NCBI GenBank assembly: GCA_963977015.1
Contig: CAXBMO010000002.1
Location: forward strand, 224,001 to 288,000
Length of the DNA: 64,000 nt
From: an uncultured bacterium
GTDB lineage: Bacteria > Verrucomicrobiota > Verrucomicrobiia > Verrucomicrobiales > DEV007
Reading direction: 5' to 3'
The notes below the pieces were generated by a model that saw only the letters and a program-made list of their open reading frames with translations, ran no database searches and was not told the DNA's origin. Each line of letters begins with the position of its first letter. Position 1 is the stretch's first letter. Of the stretch, positions 9,862 through 18,358 are shown in pieces. Made by a program: the position numbers and the translations under genes.

Positions 9862-10815
9862 ATGAAAATTCTCCTTTCAGTCCTAGCCGCCATTTTCACG
9901 GTCTCGTTCCTCTCCTCCTGCAACGACTCCGGTCCGGAGATGAAGGGAAAGATCGGCGTGACCTGCATGGATCTGACCAATCCCTTCTTCAAGCTGATCG
10001 CCAATGTGATGACGGAAGAAGCCGCGAAGTATGGTTATGAGGTGGTTGCCCTGGATGGAGCGAATGAACCCGGCAAACAAAACTCCCAACTGAAAGATTT
10101 CGCGGCACAGGGATACGATGCCGTTTTCCTGAATCCCGTCGATTCCCGGGCGGTTGGAGAAGGCGTGAAAGGCCTTCACGAGGTCGGAATTCCCGTCTTC
10201 ACATTCGATATTCAAGTGGAGGATCCCACAGCCAAGGATCTGGTTGTCCATCATATCGGCAGCGATAATTTTCAGGGAGGTCAACTTGCCGGAGCCAGCA
10301 TGATGCAAGCAACGGATGATTCCGGGAAAATCGCGATCCTCGGACTGCCGGAAGTTTCCAGCTGCATCCTTCGAGTCCAGGGATTCAAGGATCACCTCGC
10401 CAAAAACAACAGCAAGCTTGAGATCGTGACCGAGCTCAGCGGCGGAGGCAATCGCAATGACGGATTTGCCGTCGCCAACGACATTCTTCAGGCTCATCCC
10501 GACATTGTCGGCATTTTCGCGATCAATGACCCTTCTGCACTGGGAGCTCATGCCGCCGTGACCAAGGCGGGGCGGGCCGACTCCATCAAGATTGTCGCGT
10601 TTGATGCGTCGCCTGCCGGCAAGCAGGGTGTCTTTGAGAAAAAACTGGTGGATACCCCACAGCAATTCCCTCGAAAGATGGCTTTGGGAACGGTCAACGC
10701 CTTCATCAAACACCTTGAAGGTGAGGACCTTCCCAAGAGTGTTTTCATCCCTTGCGAGCACTACCTCTACGAGACTTCATTGACGGACGACAGCCGGATC
10801 AACGAGCAGTGGTAA
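9862..10815 (+). CDS. Sugar ABC transporter substrate-binding lipoprotein (RbsB-like)
   Basis: Lipobox LSSC; motifs LTNPFF, IGSDNFQGG, IFAINDPSALGA and IVAFDA. Confidence 0.9.
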   Translation: MKILLSVLAAIFTVSFLSSCNDSGPEMKGKIGVTCMDLTNPFFKLIANVMTEEAAKYGYEVVALDGANEPGKQNSQLKDFAAQGYDAVFLNPVDSRAVGEGVKGLHEVGIPVFTFDIQVEDPTAKDLVVHHIGSDNFQGGQLAGASMMQATDDSGKIAILGLPEVSSCILRVQGFKDHLAKNNSKLEIVTELSGGGNRNDGFAVANDILQAHPDIVGIFAINDPSALGAHAAVTKAGRADSIKIVAFDASPAGKQGVFEKKLVDTPQQFPRKMALGTVNAFIKHLEGEDLPKSVFIPCEHYLYETSLTDDSRINEQW

Positions 10816-11076
10816 GCTCAGGGAGCCCTTGCGACAGCCTCCGGCACCGTCAATTTCTTTCCGAGCTTTCGTTCTCCGATGAGGGATGAGGCCCCTCCCC
10901 CAAACTACCTTTCACCTTTATCAAACCGGCATCCCTTTCGGCCTTTTCATTACAGTTTTCCAAATAATTAAGTTTTTCTAATTGTTTGGGCTTGCGAAAT
11001 AGATTCAAGATGGCATCGTTCGACGCCACGTGTCTAACGAGCACGCCCACAAAACTAACTTAATACACTACTCGTA

Positions 11077-11829
11077 ATGAAAATAACCTTCATCTGTCTG
11101 TCCAGCGCCTTGGTCGGTTTCGCCCTCGGTAGCACCGCCTTCGGTGGTGAATACGACAAAGCTCCCATCGTTGATCCTGAGTGCGCCGTTCCTTTCTACG
11201 GAAGCCTTAGCATGGGTTACGACTCCTCCTACCTGTTCCGCGGCGGTCGCTACGGCGATCACGCTCCATGGGCTGGTCTTGATCTGAACTATGACGTAAG
11301 CGACAATCTTACGTGGAATATCGGAACTTGGTATATCAACCCAACTGATGGTCCCTTCGTTGTTAACGATGAGCTGGATGTCTACTCCTACGCTTATTTC
11401 TCCATGTTCGGTCTTGATGCCGCTCTTGGTGGAACCTGGTTCTACTTCCCAGAAGACGGCGGAGACGCCGGTGAAGTGAATCTGGCCCTTACCAAGTCAA
11501 TCGGTAACCTGTTCGATTTCACCTTCGACTATGTCTATGACATTACTTTTGAAGGTCACTACTTCGGATATTATCTCGACAAGACCATCCCTCTTGCCAA
11601 TTGCCTTGATCTGAACTTGGGAACTGGAATCAGCCACGCTAACGACAACTACAACTTTGACGTTCTCGCCGGCGACCACATCTACGTTCAGGCAGGATTG
11701 ACTTTCCACCTCACGGAGTCTGCAGACTTCTCGACCTATATTCTTGGGAACTTCCCTTACTCAGGTCTTGAGGATGCCGGTGAAGAAGACGATGTCTACG
11801 GCGGTGCCAGCATCAGTGTTTCTTTCTAA
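11077..11829 (+). CDS. Outer-membrane beta-barrel protein (TorF/Gcw_chp-like putative porin)
   Basis: Signal peptide, YDSSYLFRG motif, aromatic alternating beta-strands and a C-terminal Phe. Confidence 0.75.
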   Translation: MKITFICLSSALVGFALGSTAFGGEYDKAPIVDPECAVPFYGSLSMGYDSSYLFRGGRYGDHAPWAGLDLNYDVSDNLTWNIGTWYINPTDGPFVVNDELDVYSYAYFSMFGLDAALGGTWFYFPEDGGDAGEVNLALTKSIGNLFDFTFDYVYDITFEGHYFGYYLDKTIPLANCLDLNLGTGISHANDNYNFDVLAGDHIYVQAGLTFHLTESADFSTYILGNFPYSGLEDAGEEDDVYGGASISVSF

Positions 11830-11862
11830 AGTATAGCTGACCTAATACTCGAATCGTTGACT

Positions 11863-11898
11863 AGGGTCGATCTCTTCTTGAGATCGGCCCTTTTCTTT
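11863..11898 (+). terminator. Intrinsic terminator after the porin gene, lying between convergent genes
   Basis: AGGGTCGATCTC-TTCTT-GAGATCGGCCCT forms a 12-bp stem with one G-U pair, followed by a T-rich tail. Confidence 0.85.
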
Positions 11899-11907
11899 GT
11901 CCCTTTC

Positions 11908-14283
11908 TCACTGGCGAGGCCGGCCTTGCAGGAGAGCTTCCTGCCAGCTCGCATATTGTCGATTGCCCGGCTGCAACGTCATCAGTCGCTGATTATAAAA
12001 CGCAGCTTGCTCAAAGTCAGCGGCATCCCAACAGATGAGGACAATGCCCGTAAGATACTCGACATTGCTGGGATCCAGTTCGACCGCTTTCTTCAGTTGA
12101 GGAAAAGCCTCCTTGTAGCCGGAAGTTTGATTGAGCCCGACCCCCAGGAAGTAGCGGAGATCAGCACGATCCGGCAGCAATTCGGCGGCGGTCGCAATAT
12201 GGTTCATGCCTTCCTCATATTGCTGAACTCGAACGAGAAAGCGGCCCAACGCCTCATGCGCAAACCCATCTTTCGGCTGTCGCTCAACGCCTTCCCGCAG
12301 AATCGGAGCGGCTTCTTCCGTTCGACCCGTTTGGAAATAGTGTTCCGCCAGGTTGATTCGAGCCGGGATGTACAAGGGATCAATTCGAATCGCAGTCTTG
12401 TAAGCAGCCTCAACTTTGCCCGGCTTATTCTGCTTCTGATAGAGCAGAGCCAACGACATATGTCCCTCCGGCACATCGGCAACCGCCATTTGCGCTTCAA
12501 TGTATTCATCAACCGCTGAATCCAGCGCTTTCAGATCTTCCAATTGAAACTGACGGCGATCAATATCAGCCAACGCTCTGCCAGCTTCAACCCGAACCGC
12601 ACGAATCGGATCGCGAAGCAGAGGAGCTCCCAACTCAATTCTCCGCAGTGGCTGCATCCCCGCAAATTCAATTCCGGAAACGGCATGATGCCGAACAATC
12701 GGATCCTTATCCTGTAACCGGCTCTCGATCGTTTTGAGCGTCAGTTGCGTCGGGTTGTCGACCATGAGATCGAGTGCGCTCGCTCGTGCGATTGCCGGAA
12801 ATTCCTGATTGTTGGCCAAGCGGGCCAATTCCTTCTCCCAAACTTGAGGATCACGATGCCCTTTCACCAGGTGCTCACTGAAATGCGGGCGCGCCTTCTT
12901 ACCCCACCAACCATGAAAGGCATTTGCCGCCCAAGCCGCGTCTTTGTCGGTATGGCAGGTATTACAAGCATTTGGCGTCCCGTAGGTCTTGCTTAAATCC
13001 GGACGCGGAATTCGGATGCTGTGATCACGCCGTTTATCAACCCCCATATAATACTTGGGAGGCATATGGCATTCAATACAGGACGCGCCAGTCGAACCGG
13101 CCTGATGGAAATGGTGCGCAGGTGTATCGTACGTCGCCGGAGTATGGCAGCGACTACAGAGGCTGTTATCCTGAGCATAGGTCTGCATCGTGTGGGGATG
13201 ATGGCAGTCCGAGCATTTTACACTGTTGTGATACATTTTGCTCTGAACGAAGGATCCATAGACGTAGACTTCCTCATCAATCTGGCCATCGCCATGGTAG
13301 TGCAAAGGCGTTAGCACGGTCGGAATATAGGAGTCCAATAACGTCTGGCCATAAAGACGCTTTTCCTGCAATGGTTGCCGGTGCGCGTGACATGGCGCGC
13401 AGGTCTCCACCTGGTTCTGGTTTTCGAGCGGCTTGGTCCGTTTCGGCTGACCGGACTCCGGATCGATGGCCCAAACTCCACCATCCTTCCGCAGATCAAC
13501 CAACAAGCCAAAATTCCCATCCATTCCCGTTGTTGGTGTGGTTCCTTCCTTCAACGCATTAGCCCATTTGAGATGTTCGGACGCCGGGCCGTGACAAGCT
13601 TCACATGAAACGTTCATCTCCGACCAACTCGTATCGTAAGAATTCGTCTCGACGTCGAAGTTCTTCGCCAGATTCGTCGAATGACAATCCGCACACATGT
13701 AGTTCCAGTTAAAGTGTCGCCTCGTCCAATGAAGGACGTCATCCGGCGGAATCTCCTCGTCCTGATAGAGGTGATACCATCGCTGCCCTCCCTCCCCCTT
13801 CGGGCGGGTGTCCCAACAAATGTTCAACGCCTGCAATCGCCCTCCAGGAAACGGGATGAGGTATTGCTGCAACGGCGTAATGCCAAACGTGTAAGTGACC
13901 TGAAAGTCTTTTCGCTCGCCATCCCCGTCCTCAGTATTGACCCAGAATTCGTCCCCCTTCCGGAAAAAACGGGTGGTCCTCCCAAAATGCTCAAACGTGG
14001 CGTCGTCAAAATCGGCCAGGACGGTTTCCGGGGTCGCTTCCTGCATGGCGGCATGGTGATGGGATTTTGACCAATCATCATAGGCCTGGGCATGGCATTC
14101 GCGGCAGGAATTCGCTCCAACAAACTCGTGCCCGACCGATGGATCACGTACCGGAGGCTCAAAAAGGGCATTGAGGACTGCTTTTTCCTCGGAAGTTCTT
14201 ACGACCTCGGGAGGCTCATCTTCTCGGCATGAAACAACGAAAACGCAGCAAAATAGCGTAGCAATTCGGAACAGTGAAGACAT
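11908..14283 (-). CDS. Multiheme (8 CxxCH) c-type cytochrome lipoprotein with HEAT and TPR repeats
   Basis: Heme motifs CRECH, CADCH, CEACH, CAPCH, CSDCH, CSRCH, CIECH and CNTCH; lipobox-like VVSC; DPIVR/DPIRAVR HEAT-like repeats; TPR-like C-terminus. Confidence 0.9.
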   Translation of the reverse strand: MSSLFRIATLFCCVFVVSCREDEPPEVVRTSEEKAVLNALFEPPVRDPSVGHEFVGANSCRECHAQAYDDWSKSHHHAAMQEATPETVLADFDDATFEHFGRTTRFFRKGDEFWVNTEDGDGERKDFQVTYTFGITPLQQYLIPFPGGRLQALNICWDTRPKGEGGQRWYHLYQDEEIPPDDVLHWTRRHFNWNYMCADCHSTNLAKNFDVETNSYDTSWSEMNVSCEACHGPASEHLKWANALKEGTTPTTGMDGNFGLLVDLRKDGGVWAIDPESGQPKRTKPLENQNQVETCAPCHAHRQPLQEKRLYGQTLLDSYIPTVLTPLHYHGDGQIDEEVYVYGSFVQSKMYHNSVKCSDCHHPHTMQTYAQDNSLCSRCHTPATYDTPAHHFHQAGSTGASCIECHMPPKYYMGVDKRRDHSIRIPRPDLSKTYGTPNACNTCHTDKDAAWAANAFHGWWGKKARPHFSEHLVKGHRDPQVWEKELARLANNQEFPAIARASALDLMVDNPTQLTLKTIESRLQDKDPIVRHHAVSGIEFAGMQPLRRIELGAPLLRDPIRAVRVEAGRALADIDRRQFQLEDLKALDSAVDEYIEAQMAVADVPEGHMSLALLYQKQNKPGKVEAAYKTAIRIDPLYIPARINLAEHYFQTGRTEEAAPILREGVERQPKDGFAHEALGRFLVRVQQYEEGMNHIATAAELLPDRADLRYFLGVGLNQTSGYKEAFPQLKKAVELDPSNVEYLTGIVLICWDAADFEQAAFYNQRLMTLQPGNRQYASWQEALLQGRPRQ

Positions 14284-14326
14284 TGGAAGAACTCTAGCCG
14301 GGCCTCTCTTTCAGGCAAACGACAGT

Positions 14327-16429
14327 TCAATCCCCAAAAGCTTCTTTTTCGAGAACGACGCGGAACCCGGTCTCGTAGTTGTGGTGGGCATTCGGGTCGG
14401 CCAACAGGCGATACCCCAGGGCGAGATTCGCATCTTGTGCCCGATTCCAACTTCCACCTCGAAGAATTTTGAAACGGGTGCCAATGCGATCAGGCTTTGC
14501 CGTCGCATTTTCCTGCTGTTCCCGATTAAATACATCCTGGGTGTACCAATCGCGACACCATTCCCAGACATTGCCTCGAACATCATGCAACCCCAGCCGA
14601 TTGGGCTCCAGGCTGCCGATTGGCGCCAGGGATTGAAGCTGCCCCTGCTTACTCGTAACGCCCTGTTCTAGCGGAGTCCCTTCCGCAAAAAACGTCCACT
14701 GATGGTCCATGGGGAGCTGATAATGATAGCCTTGGGGGACAAAACCGGCCCCTTTTTCCGCAATCGTGAGTTGGTCGCAAAACTTCACGGCTTCGATCCA
14801 CGTCACATTGTTGACGGGCAAATCGGGCCCGGTGAATTGACTCGGATTATTCTGGGCGACCAGCTCGAAAGCTCGTTGAGGCGTTTCCGTTGCTTCAACC
14901 CAACACTCCAGTCCATCAATCCAAATCATCCGTTGGCCCATTCCGTTCGTGAAATCGCTTCCGGGAGTCGGAACGGGGTCATACTGAAGCTCGGCGCTGA
15001 GATCCAGGCGATGGCCAGACCGAACCAAGCCACTCATTTCCTTGGGCGCGTAACGTTCCCTCCACAGCTGGAAAACGTGCTTTCCCGGGGAGATATTGGT
15101 CACCAAAAGGGGCGTGACTCCGATCATTTTGCCATCCAACGTCACCTGCGCCCGGTCTGGCTCACTCGTAATCTGGACGGATCCATACTGAAACGAAAAA
15201 TGCGGCTCGATGGGCATTCCCCCCACCAGATCAAAGGTCAGATGCACATCCTTGAGCCCCGGTTTGACGGCATACATGGCGTGATTTCCCTCTGGAAGCT
15301 TCGCCGTGAGCGGCGTTACCGGATTGTCTTCTCCAATGATCCGCTTCGAACCGCTGAACACCGACGCTCCGGGAGGATCACTCGTGATTCTCACGGTTTG
15401 GAGCGACCAGTTCGAGTGCTTCTCGACCGTTTTGTTCGGAACGACACGAAGGAGATGGCGCTGATCCAAACCTGCGTCGTGACGCAAAACAACCTCGTAT
15501 GCACCGACCGGAAGCTTCTCGATCCGCAATGGAGTTAATCCGGCTGAACTCGAAACCTCCTGATGCTGGCCTTTCAGCCAAACCTCGGCGCCCTCTGGAT
15601 CGGAAGTCAGCAACAGGCTTCCCTCGGGAAAGTCCTGCTCCACCTCGGTCACCATGTCAGCCGCCAACGTGATATCGCGGGACACCGTCGGCCAGCCGTC
15701 TCGCGTTAGCGAAAGCTGGTAGATGCTGACGGGAAGATTTGGGACCTTTGCCGGCGCATCACCACTAATGATGAGTTCAAAACTGTCGTCTCCCGTCTTC
15801 GCAAACAATTCAAACTTGGCGGGTTGCGTCGTATTGATCTCAAGAGTTCCCCGGCTTCGCGCAAGCCGGATCGTTTCAATTTCACGAATCCGGTTTGCGA
15901 CCACTTCAATCGTTGAACGCTCGGTCTGGTATCCCAAACGACTGATCAGCACCTCATAAAATCCCTGTTCCAAGTCGGTCAGCGTTAGGGGGGCGGCCCC
16001 TTCCGCCACCACTTCGTTCCCCAGATCCCTTACCTTCACGCTCGCGCCAGTCGGTTCGGTGACGATCGAAAAACCTCCAAGCCCCCCCGCCGAAGTCGCG
16101 ATTGCCTCCTCCATCGCAGATTCTTCTACTGCGGTCGCAGGATCGGTCGCCTCAATCCGTTGGTCGGGTTTCGAAATCGTTGCGGGCGAGACGGCTGCAG
16201 TTTCTTCCCTAGTCTCTGAAAGCGATAAGGGCGCGACAATCGTCCCTTCGTCAGAAACCAGCACCACATCTTCCTTCTGACTTGGGCCAGACATTCTCCC
16301 AACCACCCAACTCCCCACAGCCACCAGCAAAATCAGTCCAATCAAGGGCAACCTTGGCTGCAGCCTCGCCAACAAGCTAGGCTTTCCACCCTTTGGCGGA
16401 AGCATCACATAGTCTGATTTCCCTTTCAT
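14327..16429 (-). CDS. Membrane-anchored PEGA-repeat protein with C-terminal FGE-sulfatase (SUMF1-like) domain
   Basis: N-terminal TM helix, about 5 (I/L)TS(D/E)PxGAxV-type repeats, then PVNNVTW, PNRLGLHDVRGNVWEWC, RGGSW and GFRVV. Confidence 0.85.
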   Translation of the reverse strand: MKGKSDYVMLPPKGGKPSLLARLQPRLPLIGLILLVAVGSWVVGRMSGPSQKEDVVLVSDEGTIVAPLSLSETREETAAVSPATISKPDQRIEATDPATAVEESAMEEAIATSAGGLGGFSIVTEPTGASVKVRDLGNEVVAEGAAPLTLTDLEQGFYEVLISRLGYQTERSTIEVVANRIREIETIRLARSRGTLEINTTQPAKFELFAKTGDDSFELIISGDAPAKVPNLPVSIYQLSLTRDGWPTVSRDITLAADMVTEVEQDFPEGSLLLTSDPEGAEVWLKGQHQEVSSSAGLTPLRIEKLPVGAYEVVLRHDAGLDQRHLLRVVPNKTVEKHSNWSLQTVRITSDPPGASVFSGSKRIIGEDNPVTPLTAKLPEGNHAMYAVKPGLKDVHLTFDLVGGMPIEPHFSFQYGSVQITSEPDRAQVTLDGKMIGVTPLLVTNISPGKHVFQLWRERYAPKEMSGLVRSGHRLDLSAELQYDPVPTPGSDFTNGMGQRMIWIDGLECWVEATETPQRAFELVAQNNPSQFTGPDLPVNNVTWIEAVKFCDQLTIAEKGAGFVPQGYHYQLPMDHQWTFFAEGTPLEQGVTSKQGQLQSLAPIGSLEPNRLGLHDVRGNVWEWCRDWYTQDVFNREQQENATAKPDRIGTRFKILRGGSWNRAQDANLALGYRLLADPNAHHNYETGFRVVLEKEAFGD

Positions 16430-16677
16430 GGTGTGTTTGCTTTGTATTTACATTGCACCAACAATTCTGGCAATCAAAATTGAGGCTATCTACCATTTGC
16501 TTGTCGTCAGGGTGGCAAATAGTGACATCTATTTGCCTACCAAAGAGCAACTCCCCGAAGGCTACAGAGGCTCAGTAGGAAAACACGACCATTTTCAACA
16601 TTCCAAAATGCCATCCTGTCAGCCTCCATGGGAATGGTGAAGGCGGCAAAAACTACAGCGCCGCCCCAAAAAAGAAG

Positions 16678-16761
16678 TGCTCTCGAGAGGAGTCGAACCT
16701 CCACGAACTTGCGTTCACTAGAACCTGAATCTAGCGCGTCTACCAATTCCGCCACGAGAGC
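16678..16761 (-). tRNA. tRNA-Leu (anticodon CAG), 84 nt, CCA not encoded
   Basis: Reverse complement reads GCTCTCG TGGCGGAATTGGTAGACGCG CTAGA TTCAGGT TCTAG TGAACGCAAGTTCGT GGAGG TTCGACT CCTCT CGAGAGC A. It has a perfect acceptor stem, a long variable arm and a T-loop, and is followed by CTT rather than CCA. Confidence 0.97.
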
Positions 16762-16848
16762 TTTTCGCTGGTAGCTAAGGAGAAGCGTGTTCCCCTCATA
16801 TTCCGGCTACCTCAGTTGCCTGAAGTAGATAATCGGAGCGAAGGCTGC

Positions 16849-16876
16849 AGCTTATTCACCTTCCCCACGAGCGCAA
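16849..16876 (-). promoter_or_regulatory. Putative sigma70-type promoter for the tRNA-Leu transcript
   Basis: TTGCGC-N16-TAAGCT followed by GC-rich GCAGCC, which resembles stable-RNA promoters. Recognised by eye only. Confidence 0.5.
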
Positions 16877-16934
16877 CGAAAAATCTATTTTCCTGATGCT
16901 CGCCTACTTGATTTCGAAAACGAGCCAAAGTCGC

Positions 16935-18119
16935 TTATTCCCGGCCCAGCCGATCGTTGATTTGCTCGGTGATGCCGGTCAGGGGATTCCTTTTTGGGAG
17001 GGGATTGACGAGGAGTGGTTGGTGAAGCGGTTTGATCCGATACACTGCGAACGGAGCACTCGTGACATCTTCTCCCTGGTTAAACGCGGATGAACGGCTC
17101 AACTGGTTGCAGTAAAAGTAGAGGCGCCCATCCCCGCCAAAGGTGAGTCCATCCGGCCAGCAGAGTTTGGGGTCCTTGACGAAGGTCTCCATACGCCGGG
17201 TTTTCGGCTGGATGATGCGGATCGCATTGAGGGACAAATCGCCAACATAAATGTTGTCTCTGGCGTCGATCGCGATGGAGTCACAGTCCGGCTTGGATGA
17301 GTAGAGTTCCACCCCTTCTTCCAATTCCGTCGGAGTGGCGGCTTCATTGCGGAGCAGAGATGTGGAGATTCGATAGAGCTGCCGACCTTTCATCGGTCCG
17401 TAATACAGCCATCGCCCTCGGCGATCGATCGTAATGGGATTTACCCCGGCAAGCGGCTCAGCCTCGGTTCCATCAGGCCGTTTTACCTGCAACTTCTTGC
17501 CGTTGACGATCATGAGTTGCTTTTCCGGCACCACGCTGTCGTGGCTCTGCAAAACCCGGCGGGCGAGACCATTTCTCAGATCGAGAACGATCAATGCGGC
17601 ATCCGTTCCAGACGCCGGATCAGCAATGTAGATAAAGGGTTCCGACGGATCGACGGCGAAATCGACGAGAAACGACGTCGGGAGAGTGGCGGGTGCGGGC
17701 AGATAGTGAACCTGATGCAGCCGATCGCCGCCCACGTTCCAACCAATCAGCTTCGGAAGACTTTCTCCCCGACGACCATTGTCGAGCATCCATATGATAC
17801 CGCCCTCCGCGTCGCGAACCCCCATGACGGAATCCAGCACCGGAAGAGCCGACTTGGACTGCCCCGTGCTGACTTCGTCATTTGGAAAAGCGGTGACGTC
17901 ACCAAGCCGGTCTACTTTCACCACCCGCTCCCGCGTCTCGAAGAACTGGTGGAGACTGATAAACATGGTGCCATCCGGAGTGACGGCCATCCCTCCCGGC
18001 CCCTGCATCAACTCTGCGGCGACATCTATCGAAGTGCCATCACCGGCTGCCGTTGCCAAGCGCAACGCGATCAATAGTGAGCCGGTAAGAAGCGACTTCG
18101 ATCGAAGAGCGTACTTCAT
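16935..18119 (-). CDS. Major royal jelly / yellow family (L-dopachrome tautomerase-related) secreted beta-propeller
   Basis: Signal peptide; motifs LDSVMGV, IWMLDNG, PKLIGWN, YIADP and LCWPDGL. Confidence 0.85.
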   Translation of the reverse strand: MKYALRSKSLLTGSLLIALRLATAAGDGTSIDVAAELMQGPGGMAVTPDGTMFISLHQFFETRERVVKVDRLGDVTAFPNDEVSTGQSKSALPVLDSVMGVRDAEGGIIWMLDNGRRGESLPKLIGWNVGGDRLHQVHYLPAPATLPTSFLVDFAVDPSEPFIYIADPASGTDAALIVLDLRNGLARRVLQSHDSVVPEKQLMIVNGKKLQVKRPDGTEAEPLAGVNPITIDRRGRWLYYGPMKGRQLYRISTSLLRNEAATPTELEEGVELYSSKPDCDSIAIDARDNIYVGDLSLNAIRIIQPKTRRMETFVKDPKLCWPDGLTFGGDGRLYFYCNQLSRSSAFNQGEDVTSAPFAVYRIKPLHQPLLVNPLPKRNPLTGITEQINDRLGRE

Positions 18120-18358
18120 ACGATGGGTGGAGAAGAGATGAACGATTCTGGCCATTGAAACTGTGAGGGGGGAGCGACAACTAACGAAGGAAAAACCCGA
18201 AACGAGGTTCTGTATCCAACAGGTATTTCCACCTCGACGTCAATGAATTGCCGAAAGAAAATGATGCAAATTTCTTCGCAAACTTGTTAGAGCATTTTGA
18301 TCACTGAATTCCTTGCTGACGTCAATGCGCTTTTTTGTTATGGTGTCCGCTTAGGGCC

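Noticed and set aside
3493..10761. Long antisense ORFs (e.g. 3493-4773, 6333-7568, 7630-8637, 9883-10761), and similar ones elsewhere such as 19214-20275 and 49221-50228
   Set aside because: They lie opposite well-supported genes and have no recognisable motifs. They are typical shadow ORFs of GC-rich coding DNA.
11077..14283. Porin next to a multiheme cytochrome as a porin-cytochrome electron conduit
   Set aside because: The genes are convergent and separated by a terminator, and the barrel is small and not MtrB-like.
16537..16755. 72-aa ORF beginning MAELVDALDSGSS
   Set aside because: This is a translation of the tRNA-Leu gene, a well-known spurious ORF.
14327..16761. tRNA-Leu as the integration site of a genomic island
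   Set aside because: No integrase is present and I saw no duplicated tRNA 3' end in the window.
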